From Rhodobacterales bacterium RIFCSPHIGHO2_02_FULL_62_130 (GTDB taxonomy: Bacteria; Pseudomonadota; Alphaproteobacteria; Rhodobacterales; Rhodobacteraceae), in the NCBI GenBank assembly GCA_001828855.1, contig MHZT01000043.1, positions 753-64,752 on the forward strand: a DNA stretch of 64,000 nucleotides, in the 5' to 3' direction. The stretch's first letter is position 1; the number at the start of each line of letters is the position of its first letter. The translations under genes and the position numbers were made by a program. Positions 47,572 to 55,792 of the stretch are shown one piece after another. The notes under the pieces were generated by a model, which saw nothing but the letters and a program-made list of their open reading frames with translations, searched no databases and was not told where the DNA came from.

Positions 47572-48242
47572 GCCGTTTCCGCCTTCCTGCACGTGTCGCA
47601 CCCTCCCCGGCGGCGGAAGAACCGGGCCTGCAGAATTCCGCCGCACGGTTGCGGTCATCGCGCGAGGTGCAGGCGCGCATTCTTGCAGAACGGCGTGCGC
47701 CGGAGCAGGGAGGAAATGTCGAGGGCGTCAAGGCCCAGCTTCCCGACATGACGACGGAGCACTTGGCCGACCCGGAGTTTGCCGGGAAGAGGGAAGGGGA
47801 GAGTCGTCAGCCGCAGTCCCCCGCTTCGCCGCCCGAATGTGCTGCCAGTGGGTTGGCGAAGCCCCGGAAAGAGAAGCTGGTGGTCCTCTTTCGGCTGCCG
47901 TTGGCAGCCGAGAAGCAGCTTGAGCAGATCCCGGGCGCGGGCGACGTGACCCCAGCCTACATGCTGCGCGCCTTTGCCAAGGAAGCGCGGGCCGAACTGC
48001 GGCGGCTCTTGGCGGAAGATGATCTTGCGCCGCATGTCGACGAGGCGAAGCGCATCTTCGCCATGGCAGCAACGGACATGGCGGTCGGCGAGCCGATGAC
48101 CGTCTACGCCCAAGGCTCCGCGATCCGGGCTATGCATGCGGCACTTGATGACCCATGGCTGATCGAGCCCCGGGCGACGATCGTTGGTGCCTTCCTCGCC
48201 GCAATCGCGTCGCAGCTCATCGAGGCGCGACGCGTCAGGTAG
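47568..48242 (+). CDS. Hypothetical protein translationally coupled to parA (possible partition adaptor)
   Basis: Its start overlaps the parA stop (ATGA). The length is 224 aa. I recognise no motif. Confidence 0.5.
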   Translation: MSRFRLPARVAPSPAAEEPGLQNSAARLRSSREVQARILAERRAPEQGGNVEGVKAQLPDMTTEHLADPEFAGKREGESRQPQSPASPPECAASGLAKPRKEKLVVLFRLPLAAEKQLEQIPGAGDVTPAYMLRAFAKEARAELRRLLAEDDLAPHVDEAKRIFAMAATDMAVGEPMTVYAQGSAIRAMHAALDDPWLIEPRATIVGAFLAAIASQLIEARRVR

Positions 48243-48281
48243 ACCTCACCCATGCAACAAAAATCGATGAGCTGCCTGCGG

Positions 48282-48707
48282 TTACTCGCAGGCAAGATCG
48301 GGCAGCGGCGCTGTCTTGAAGGTCAGGCTGTCAGCGCTGGTGACCATTGCGAACTCGCCGCCCGTGCGGAAGGTTGCCACCATTTTCGACCAGTCCGCTG
48401 CGTCAACCGATGCCTGTGCGGCGATGCCGTTCTTGACCGGCAGGCGGGCCTGCTCGCCCGACTTTGCGAGAACAACGACCATGTTTGGTGCGGCGTCTTT
48501 GTCGAAGCGGACCACGAGCGCGCCGTTGGGCGTTGGCCCGAAGACGCGATCCGGATCGCAGACAAGCCGCACTTCACCCGCCTCGCTGGTGAGCGCGTAG
48601 GTCGGAAGGCCACGCTCGACACCGACCGTCCAGGCGTCAAGCGCGTGGACAGGAACAGACATCGCCGCAAGCGCGGAAACAGCCAGAACGGGGGACAGAA
48701 CATGCAT
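48282..48707 (-). CDS. Small secreted hypothetical protein
   Basis: ATG 48707 gives MHVLSPVLAVSALAAMSVPVHA|LDAW (signal peptide). The length is 141 aa. The long track extension was discarded. Confidence 0.5.
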   Translation of the reverse strand: MHVLSPVLAVSALAAMSVPVHALDAWTVGVERGLPTYALTSEAGEVRLVCDPDRVFGPTPNGALVVRFDKDAAPNMVVVLAKSGEQARLPVKNGIAAQASVDAADWSKMVATFRTGGEFAMVTSADSLTFKTAPLPDLACE

Positions 48708-49139
48708 CGACAGGAAAGCCTTTCGTGGTTCGCGTGGCGACAGCAAAGCACCACTTCTGATGTCGGTAGATATGTTCTGATGGCGCCCCTGTCCATGACC
48801 GCAAGCCATGAGCGAATGACCGGAGGCCGGAATGGATGACGTCGTTAGACCCAGCTCCAAAAGCCCGACAATCGATCGTCGGCTGTGGCGTATCGACCGT
48901 GGAGACCGGGAACTCGTCGCGGAGCGGCATCGCACCGCCAGCGGTCGGTTCAGAACCGTGTGGCTGGTCCCGGAGGAAACCCTGCGTGGCGTCCTCTGGG
49001 TCGAGGTTATCGAAGGAACCCCAGCCGGTCCGTCGCTATGACCCATCAGCTGTCTGAATCGGACCGCCCGGATCGATTCAGAAATGCAATTGGACTTGGA
49101 GAGCGGCAAGGCGGAGTCTCTGCGGGGGGGAGGACCACC

Positions 49140-49400
49140 ATGGCTCTGGCACATCTGCACCGCATCGACCCTGAGGCCAACATGGCGCGGTTCTACTGCA
49201 TCGATGTTGGGGCGACGCTGTTAGGAGACGTCTCCGTCTTGCGGACCTGGGGCCGGATCGGAACGCATGGACGGACAAGACTCGAGACTTGCGCCACCGT
49301 GGAAGAAGCGGAGAGGGCAGCATCTCAAACCCTTCGACAGAAGATGCGGCGGGGCTATCTGCCTGCCGGCCAAATGCTGCCGCCAGACCTTGCGCTGTGA
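49140..49400 (+). CDS. WGR-domain protein
   Basis: The sequence HLHRIDPEANMARFYCIDVGATLLGDVSVLRTWGRIGTHGRTRLETCATVEEAERAASQTLRQKMRRGY matches the WGR pattern. GGAGG lies 7 nt upstream of ATG 49140. Confidence 0.7.
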   Translation: MALAHLHRIDPEANMARFYCIDVGATLLGDVSVLRTWGRIGTHGRTRLETCATVEEAERAASQTLRQKMRRGYLPAGQMLPPDLAL

Positions 49401-49406
49401 GATCTG

Positions 49407-49769
49407 TTAGGCCTTACGCTGAAGCCTGCCATCCAGCTCGGCACCGACCTCGATGGCGATCCGCTCATGGGTGACGTCGGCCTGCACGACCGCACTCGGC
49501 GCGAGCTGAACGCTTCGCGCTGAGACCGTGCCGGAGACCGCCCCAAGCACGACGAGGTCGTGGGCGACGATGGAACCTTCAACACGACCTGAACCAGCCA
49601 CGGTGATTTCCGGCGCCCGCAATGAGCCAATTACGTTGCCTCGCACCTCGATCGGTCCACTGGAGGTGGCATCGCCTTCGACCACAAGGTCCTGCGCGAA
49701 GACGCTGCGGCGAGCGTTCGAACTGGCCGGGTCCGGCCAACTGTCGAGGTCGCCATTTGGGGTCTTCAT
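49407..49769 (-). CDS. Bactofilin-family (polymer-forming cytoskeletal) protein
   Basis: It shows beta-helix repeats (VVEGDATSSGPIEVRGNVIGSLRAPEITVAGSGRVEGSIVAHDLVVLGAVSGTV). The length is 120 aa. Confidence 0.7.
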   Translation of the reverse strand: MKTPNGDLDSWPDPASSNARRSVFAQDLVVEGDATSSGPIEVRGNVIGSLRAPEITVAGSGRVEGSIVAHDLVVLGAVSGTVSARSVQLAPSAVVQADVTHERIAIEVGAELDGRLQRKA

Positions 49770-50332
49770 CTTGGTGCCGCCTCAGCTCAACTTCGTGCCG
49801 CACGACTGGACCAGAAGCGAAACGAAAGGGCAACGCGCGGCGCCGTTATCGGCGAAGAAGCGCGAAAGTACTCGGCGTTGCACAACTCGTCCGGCAAAGA
49901 TCGTCTGCCGGTCGTCCCTCATGAGCTATAGATTTTGCGTCTATCGCTCATGCGAGACCTTCAGACGGTTGGTTGGTGTGGTCCACTGTTGGAACGATGA
50001 CAATGAACGGCTAGGGTATTCCGGTGAACTTCCGGCGGGGGTCGTGATGATGAAACACGAGGAGCGTGATAGCTTGGCCGATATCGCCTTCAATTTCAGG
50101 CATGAGCATGTCGAAGGCGAGATGCAGCGGCGACTCGCTCTTCCCTTTGATGCCTGGGAACCGATCGGCAGGGGAGAGTCCATAACAACAAGAGCTCGGG
50201 CTCATCTTGCCCGCGTTGCCGGATTCGGCAACGGAGACATGGACTGATACGTCCGGGTCGAACCCACTGGCCGACCGCGACCTTGTCGTCCCAACTGTCC
50301 AGATCCCAGGCGTGACCGGTGGTCCGGCTGCT

Positions 50333-50386
50333 AAATGGGTGTAATTGGGTTCCGAATTGGGTTGCAGGAAATGGGTGTTATTGGGT
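50333..50386 (+). repeat. 18-bp direct repeat AAATGGGTGTWATTGGGT x2 just upstream of the Fic gene (candidate operator)
   Basis: The copies at 50333-50350 and 50369-50386 match at 17 of 18 positions. Extra ATTGGGT/ATTGGAT copies lie between and after them. The patch is AT-rich. Confidence 0.5.
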
Positions 50387-50398
50387 ATAAAATTGGAT

Positions 50399-51448
50399 AT
50401 GATCCAAACTCAGACGCTCCGCATCACCCCGACCTTTCTCTCGATCATCGCCGAGATCGACGAGTTCAAAGGCGCATGGCGCGCACTCGGAAGCCTCGCC
50501 CCCGAGCGTCTGTCCGCCTTACGCCGCGTCGCCACCATCGAGAGCATCGGCTCTTCGACACGCATCGAGGGAAGCCGGCTCTCCGATAAGGAGGTTCAGC
50601 GTCTGCTCTCCAATCTCGACATCCAGACCTTCTCGACCCGGGACGAAGAGGAGGTCGCTGGCTACGCTCAGGTCATGGACACAGTCTTCGCCTCGTGGCG
50701 CGACATCGATGTGACCGAGAACCATATCCGCCAGTTACACCGGGACCTCCTGCGGCACAGCAGCAAAGACCAGCGACATAGGGGGGCCTGGAAGACCGCG
50801 CCAAACTCGATCGCAGCTTTCGACGAGGCAGGGCGGCAACTTGGCGTGGTGTTTGAGACCGCCAGCCCCTTTGACACGCCGGGCCGCATGGCTGAACTGA
50901 TCGACTGGTACAACGCCGCCACCCAGGACCATGATCTGCATCCGCTGCTACTGATCGGAATCTTCGTCGTGGTATTTCTCGAAATCCATCCGTTCCAGGA
51001 CGGCAACGGTCGTCTCAGCCGGATCCTGACCACCTTGCTGCTTTTGCGCTCAGGCTATGCCTATGTCCCGTACTCATCCCTCGAAAGCGTGATCGAGCAA
51101 AGCAAAGAGGCCTATTACCTGGCACTTCGGCAGACCCAGGGGACGATCAGGTCCGACACTCCGGACTGGGGTCCCTGGCTCGGCTTCTTCCTGTCTGCAC
51201 TACAGCGCCAGATGCTTCGATTGCGCGCGAAAGTTGAGCGTGAACGGCTGTTGATGGGCAGCCTGCCGGAAGTTTCCGCGCAGCTTCTCGACCTCGTGCG
51301 CGATCATGGTCGCCTGACAATCGGCGACGCCGAGCGCCTGACCGGCCAGAATCGCAACACGCTGAAACAGCACTTCCGCACACTTGTCGCGGATGGCCAC
51401 CTGAGCCTGAACGGGGCCGGGAGGGGGGCCTGGTATTCACTCCGATAA
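50399..51448 (+). CDS. Fic-family protein with N-terminal inhibitory motif and C-terminal winged helix
   Basis: It has the Fic motif HPFQDGNGRLSR, an inhibitory-helix-type motif STRIEG ([ST]xxxE[GN]), and a C-terminal wHTH-like tail. Confidence 0.85.
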   Translation: MIQTQTLRITPTFLSIIAEIDEFKGAWRALGSLAPERLSALRRVATIESIGSSTRIEGSRLSDKEVQRLLSNLDIQTFSTRDEEEVAGYAQVMDTVFASWRDIDVTENHIRQLHRDLLRHSSKDQRHRGAWKTAPNSIAAFDEAGRQLGVVFETASPFDTPGRMAELIDWYNAATQDHDLHPLLLIGIFVVVFLEIHPFQDGNGRLSRILTTLLLLRSGYAYVPYSSLESVIEQSKEAYYLALRQTQGTIRSDTPDWGPWLGFFLSALQRQMLRLRAKVERERLLMGSLPEVSAQLLDLVRDHGRLTIGDAERLTGQNRNTLKQHFRTLVADGHLSLNGAGRGAWYSLR

Positions 51449-51589
51449 TTTTGATTATGTAATATAAAAGACGCGCCGGGCGTGAAAGATGACGTCTACG
51501 TCCTCGACCGAGTGGACACCTTGCAACTGAATACGTTGCCCTTCAGTGGGGTACGAGATCTGCTCAGTCCCGACACTCTTGCCAATTGC

Positions 51590-52147
51590 TCAGTCCTGGA
51601 CAGGCGAGCGCCTGATGGACATAGTCCATGCAACGTTAGTGGACTCTTCTAGAAAAAGGATTGCGTCAAACGAAGCTAGTTGCGCCCCGCGTTCGCTTGC
51701 ATAGGTCCGCTTGGAGAACCGCTTGTATCCAGTGCTTGGCCTTTGAATAAGACCATGCCATCTACCGTCACGCTCGAAGATGGTGACGTGAAAACCACGT
51801 TCACTGATAACCAAATTGCCCTGTCGCGACCGGCGCCATGCCTTGCGGTCAGGCCAACCAGCACGCCGCCGGGCCGCATTCTTCATCAACGCTTCGCGCC
51901 GCCGAGCGCGTTCGACATCCTGTTCCATATGGCCGGCGCATATGCAGCCGCAGTGCAGAATTTCGGGAAAGTCCGGGTGCTGCATGGCATGGACATATCG
52001 AATGTCCTGCCGCTCGCACATCTCGCAAACGGCCGCAGGGGCGCCAAGGTCTTCGACACCGACACAGGTCCAGCCTTTGTGGGGAACGCCATGCATTGAC
52101 CATTTGCCAAAGCCGCCGACGCCAGGAGCCTCGTCAAGTTCGGTCAT
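51590..52147 (-). CDS. Hypothetical Cys/His-rich protein, third gene of the XRE-ImmA operon
   Basis: The length is 185 aa. It contains CEMCERQDIRYVHAMQHPDFPEILHCGCICAGH (putative Zn site). The C-terminal half (GFHVTIFERDGRWHGLIQ...) could be a small DNA-binding fold. Its start overlaps the ImmA stop (ATGA). Confidence 0.55.
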   Translation of the reverse strand: MTELDEAPGVGGFGKWSMHGVPHKGWTCVGVEDLGAPAAVCEMCERQDIRYVHAMQHPDFPEILHCGCICAGHMEQDVERARRREALMKNAARRRAGWPDRKAWRRSRQGNLVISERGFHVTIFERDGRWHGLIQRPSTGYKRFSKRTYASERGAQLASFDAILFLEESTNVAWTMSIRRSPVQD

Positions 52148-53043
52148 CGACGAAAGCGTGGCGTCCAGCGCGCCTCCATGCCTTCGTCGGACTCTTCAAA
52201 TTCGTCGGCATCCTCGTAGGTGTCGTCGACGATCTGCGCACAGGAAAGAACGGTCAACACGCGGTCGTAGCGGCCGAGATCGACGACTTGTTCGACCGTG
52301 CGCACGGTGCGATCCCCACCGAACCAGTCGAGAATATCGGTCTCGATTTCTTCGCGGCGGCCTTGCCGTTCGGCGGCTGGCCGTGCGGCGACCGATGCGG
52401 TGAGCGTGCCCGTCGGCAGAGCTGCGCCCTTGCGGAGCCAGTTCTGGCCCTTCAGCTGCTTCAAGGCCTCGGATTTGAAGCAGTAGTCAACCCGGCCCTG
52501 ACGGCTGACGACGATGGCGGCGGCATCGTCGGTCTCGTTAATGTACCGGATGGCAGATGCCGTGAGCGAGGCTTTTGCCTCGCTGCGGATTGCCTCCACA
52601 CTCGGCAACCCTTCTCGCGCCCGTCTCAAGATCGGGCGAATTAGCGAGGTCGGCATCAGAAGGCCTGCCGAAAAATAGTCTGCCTCCCGTTCGTAGGGTT
52701 CCTCCGAGACGAACCCGGCCCTTGAACGATGCACTCCGCGGTCGAAGGGGATATGGTCGAGATGCCCATCGACAAAATAGTGCCCGAATTCATGGCCGAT
52801 GCTGAACCGCTCGAAGCCCTCGTTGTCGGTGTGGGTGGCGTACATGATGCCGAACTGATCGCCGTAGCGCATCAGCATGCCCGAGACACCCTCGGCCCTG
52901 CGGTCCATTTCACGCAGATGGATGCCGACAGCCTGAGCCAAAGCGTCCAGATCGACCGGAAGCGTCAACAGTCCGTGTTCCTGGAGCACGAGTTCGGCTC
53001 GGCGCATAAGCTGCTTTTGTTTCAGATCGGGGTTGCCGGTCAT
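52144..53043 (-). CDS. ImmA/IrrE-family zinc metallopeptidase (CapP-like)
   Basis: It has the HExxH motif in SIGHEFGHYFVDGH. The length is 299 aa. Its start overlaps the XRE stop (ATGA). Confidence 0.8.
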   Translation of the reverse strand: MTGNPDLKQKQLMRRAELVLQEHGLLTLPVDLDALAQAVGIHLREMDRRAEGVSGMLMRYGDQFGIMYATHTDNEGFERFSIGHEFGHYFVDGHLDHIPFDRGVHRSRAGFVSEEPYEREADYFSAGLLMPTSLIRPILRRAREGLPSVEAIRSEAKASLTASAIRYINETDDAAAIVVSRQGRVDYCFKSEALKQLKGQNWLRKGAALPTGTLTASVAARPAAERQGRREEIETDILDWFGGDRTVRTVEQVVDLGRYDRVLTVLSCAQIVDDTYEDADEFEESDEGMEARWTPRFRR

Positions 53044-53402
53044 TTCTTCCCGGCTTCCCTGTCATGCTTCTCGGCTAGGAAGCGCATGAAGTCGGCGGCC
53101 TGCCGTCGATTCTCGTCGTTGAGCTTCTGCATGTCGCGGTAAAGCGGATCGGCCTCGGCCGCGCCCTCGGGATTGTCTGTGCGCCCAAGCAGGAAATCTG
53201 TGGTCACGGAGAGTGCGTTGGCCAGTTTGCGGAGGCTATCGAATGACGGCTTGCGGGTACCGGCCTCGAAATGTGCGATGGAGCTGGGCGGCAGGCCGCT
53301 GTCCTTGGCGAGGGCGGCTTGGCTCATCTGGCGCAGGCTCTCTCGCGCAGCGCGCAGTCGTTCCCTGAAGATATCCGATGGCTTCTCGTGTTCAATGGTC
53401 AT
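53040..53402 (-). CDS. XRE-family HTH repressor (CapH/ImmR-like)
   Basis: ATG 53402 starts the gene. The HTH is LRQMSQAALAKDSGLPPSSIAHFEAGTRKPSFDSLRKLANAL. The length is 120 aa. Confidence 0.8.
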   Translation of the reverse strand: MTIEHEKPSDIFRERLRAARESLRQMSQAALAKDSGLPPSSIAHFEAGTRKPSFDSLRKLANALSVTTDFLLGRTDNPEGAAEADPLYRDMQKLNDENRRQAADFMRFLAEKHDREAGKK

Positions 53403-53423
53403 GGCGTTTTCGACATGTTGATA

Positions 53424-53473
53424 TTGACGTCTTGCGAACGTCCCCCTATATTCCCGACATACATGGCATGTCG
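53424..53473 (+). promoter_or_regulatory. Sigma70-like promoter TTGACG-17-TATATT with downstream operator palindrome CGACAT-N7-ATGTCG
   Basis: The -35 is at 53424-53429, the -10 at 53447-53452 and the palindrome at 53455-53473. A third CGACATG copy lies at 53411-53417. AGGAGG at 53513-53518 precedes ATG 53524. Confidence 0.6.
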
Positions 53474-53523
53474 AGGCCGCCAATGGCAAGGGCCTCACTG
53501 CCTAACAGGCATAGGAGGCCAAT

Positions 53524-54018
53524 ATGGCAGCAGAGCAGAACGGACACGACAACGGTACCTTCCACATTAGCGTGGGCGATGCCGAGCTGAATTTCCGGCC
53601 GGTACAGATCGACGATCCGGTTCCGACCGGCCGGCAGATCCTCGAAGCCGCCGGCGTGCGCATCCCCGAGGAACATCTGGTGTTCCAGCTCCTGCGGGAC
53701 GGCGAGCTCGAAGAGCTGCGCCAGGACGAGACGACCGATCTGCGCGGCGGTCGGGCTGAGCGCTTCCTGATCTTTCCGGGGGCCGAGTCCTTTCGGATCG
53801 AACTGGACGGCCAGGTGCTGGAATGGGGTGCCTGCGCGATCAGCGGGCGGGTGTTGAAGACGATCGCAAAGGTCGATCCGAAGACCTACGGCGTCTGGCT
53901 TGAAGTGCGCGGCGCCGAGGATCGGCCGATCGGCGACACCGAGCTGGTGCGGCTCGATGGCAAGGGGCTGGAACGCTTCTTCACGGGCATCAGCCAGACT
54001 ACGGAGGGTGGGGCATGA
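53524..54018 (+). CDS. Tandem beta-grasp (multiubiquitin-type) ubiquitin-like protein ending ...TTEGG-A
   Basis: The length is 164 aa, with two repeats of a roughly 70-aa Ub-like pattern. The C-terminus has a di-glycine followed by a single Ala. Confidence 0.75.
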   Translation: MAAEQNGHDNGTFHISVGDAELNFRPVQIDDPVPTGRQILEAAGVRIPEEHLVFQLLRDGELEELRQDETTDLRGGRAERFLIFPGAESFRIELDGQVLEWGACAISGRVLKTIAKVDPKTYGVWLEVRGAEDRPIGDTELVRLDGKGLERFFTGISQTTEGGA

Positions 54019-54395
54019 GCTTCCTCCCGACAGCCGACCGGCGCTATCTTGAGGAGCGGGGGCTGGCCTTCCGGGAAGTGGACGATGGCGGCCGGAAGGG
54101 CGTCATCCTTCCCGGCTTCGCCCTGCCGGCGGCGAAATTTCAGGTTGTCGAAGCCGATATCCTGATCCTCCTTCCGTGCGGCTATCCCGACACGGCGCCA
54201 GACATGTTCTACGCGCTGCCCTGGCTGAGCCTCGTGCGATCCAGCCGCTATCCCAACTGCGCGGATCAGCCCCAGCAGTTTGAGAGTCAAAATTGGCAGC
54301 GCTGGTCCCGACATAATAATAACTGGCGGCCGGGCATCGACGGCATCTGGACCATGCTCAAGCGGGTCGAACAGGCGCTGCAGGAGGCCGCGTGA
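54015..54395 (+). CDS. Prokaryotic E2/UBC-like protein
   Basis: The length is 126 aa. LLPCGYPDTAPDMFY...RYPNC resembles the UBC YPxxPP ... HPN...C layout. Its start overlaps the Ubl stop (ATGA). Confidence 0.7.
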   Translation: MSFLPTADRRYLEERGLAFREVDDGGRKGVILPGFALPAAKFQVVEADILILLPCGYPDTAPDMFYALPWLSLVRSSRYPNCADQPQQFESQNWQRWSRHNNNWRPGIDGIWTMLKRVEQALQEAA

Positions 54396-55792
54396 TGCAG
54401 ATTGATGTGACTCTGCAGGCGCGTCATGCAACGGCGCTGCGCGAATTGCTCCAGCGTCCGGACGGGATCGAGGCCGCGGCCTATGTCATGTTTGGGCGCA
54501 ACGTCGTCGGGATTGACCCGTGGTCCCGTCGCCGGCGGCTTCGGCTGGTTTCTCATCAAGTCGTTCCGGTGCCGGCGGGCGACGAGATTTCGGCGAGCCC
54601 CCGCCATGTTACCTGGTCGACTGCAACCTTCGTCAGTCTGTGTCGGCAGGCGGCCTACCGGGGTCTAGTGCCAGCGATCGTGCACAGCCATCCTGCCGGC
54701 ATGCGGGCCTTTTCGCGGCAGGACGACGTCAACGAGCGCGATCTCTACCGGTTGCTGCGCAACCGTAACGGTACTGACGCGATTATGGCGAGCGTGTTGC
54801 TCGCCGGCGACGATCATTTCATGGCGCGTGCCTGGTTCGATGACAAGGAACCGGTCGCGGCCGAAATCGTTCGGAGCATCGGCTCCCGGCTGCTCCATTT
54901 CGGCGGCGAGTCCGGCGCCTCGAACGCGGCACTGGTGCGGCAAGCACTGTTGTTCGGCGAAGCGGTTAACAACCGTCTAGCATCGATGCGGGTAGGCATC
55001 GTCGGCTGCGGAGGCACAGGCAGCGCCACGGCGATGCTGTTGGCCCGGCTCGGCGTCGGTCAGCTCGCCTTGTTTGACGACGATATCGTCGAAATTTCCA
55101 ATCTGAATCGCCTCCATGGCGCGCGCCGGGCGGATGCCGACGCCATGCGGCCAAAGGTCGAGGTGCTCGCGCGCGAGATCACGGAATTGGGCCTCGGCGT
55201 GCGTGTCCACACCCATCGCGGCTGGATCGAGAATGAAGCCGCGCGGGATGCGCTCAAGGCCTGCGACGTGATCTTCGGCTGCACGGATGACCATGCAGGC
55301 CGGCTGTTTCTCAATCGCTTTTCGCATTTCTATCTGATCCCGGTCATCGACATGGGACTTGCCATCGAGCCGGCGTCGGCTGACATGCGGGACATGTCGG
55401 CGCGGGTCACTGTGCTTACGCCGGGCGCACCCTGCCTCTCCTGCCGGGGCGTTGTCGACCCCAAAGCCGCGAGCGAGGAGGCGCTGCGTCGGGCAGCGCC
55501 GGAAGAATACGAGCGACAGAAGCGCGAGGCCTATGTCCGCGGCGGTCAGAATCCGGCGCCGGCCGTGGTGACCTTTACGACCGAAACTGCGACGCTCGCC
55601 GTCAATGAGCTGCTGCAGGGCCTGACCGACTATCGCGGGGAAGGGGGCTGGGCCTGGGAGCGTGTTCGGCGGCTGGACCGCGGCATCGAGCGGAAGCGCG
55701 GCGCTATCCGGTCACCGCACTGTCCGATTTGCGCGCGCGAGGACTATTGGGGCCGGGGCGACATGGACCCCTTCATGGATCGGATCGGCTGA
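54392..55792 (+). CDS. JAB/JAMM peptidase - ThiF/E1 adenylyltransferase fusion
   Basis: The JAMM motif is an exact HxHx7Sx2D match (HSHPAGMRAFSRQD). The E1 Rossmann motif is GIVGCGGTGS, followed by NLNR. Zn-site pairs CLSC and CPIC are present. The start is GTG 54392 or ATG 54395 and overlaps the E2 stop. Confidence 0.85.
   Translation: MMQIDVTLQARHATALRELLQRPDGIEAAAYVMFGRNVVGIDPWSRRRRLRLVSHQVVPVPAGDEISASPRHVTWSTATFVSLCRQAAYRGLVPAIVHSHPAGMRAFSRQDDVNERDLYRLLRNRNGTDAIMASVLLAGDDHFMARAWFDDKEPVAAEIVRSIGSRLLHFGGESGASNAALVRQALLFGEAVNNRLASMRVGIVGCGGTGSATAMLLARLGVGQLALFDDDIVEISNLNRLHGARRADADAMRPKVEVLAREITELGLGVRVHTHRGWIENEAARDALKACDVIFGCTDDHAGRLFLNRFSHFYLIPVIDMGLAIEPASADMRDMSARVTVLTPGAPCLSCRGVVDPKAASEEALRRAAPEEYERQKREAYVRGGQNPAPAVVTFTTETATLAVNELLQGLTDYRGEGGWAWERVRRLDRGIERKRGAIRSPHCPICAREDYWGRGDMDPFMDRIG

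Noticed and set aside
50047-50247. A 66-aa plus-strand ORF (MMKHEERDSLADIAF...) lies between the bactofilin and Fic genes.
   Set aside because: It has a G-rich stretch upstream and sits in a lower-GC patch. It has no recognisable motif and I cannot judge its coding potential by eye, so it is left unannotated. Homology or Ribo-seq data could rescue it.
51561-51596. A 10-bp direct repeat TGCTCAGTCC x2 (26-bp period) lies at the 3' end of the 185-aa gene.
   Set aside because: There are only two short copies and one overlaps the stop codon. I cannot distinguish this from chance.
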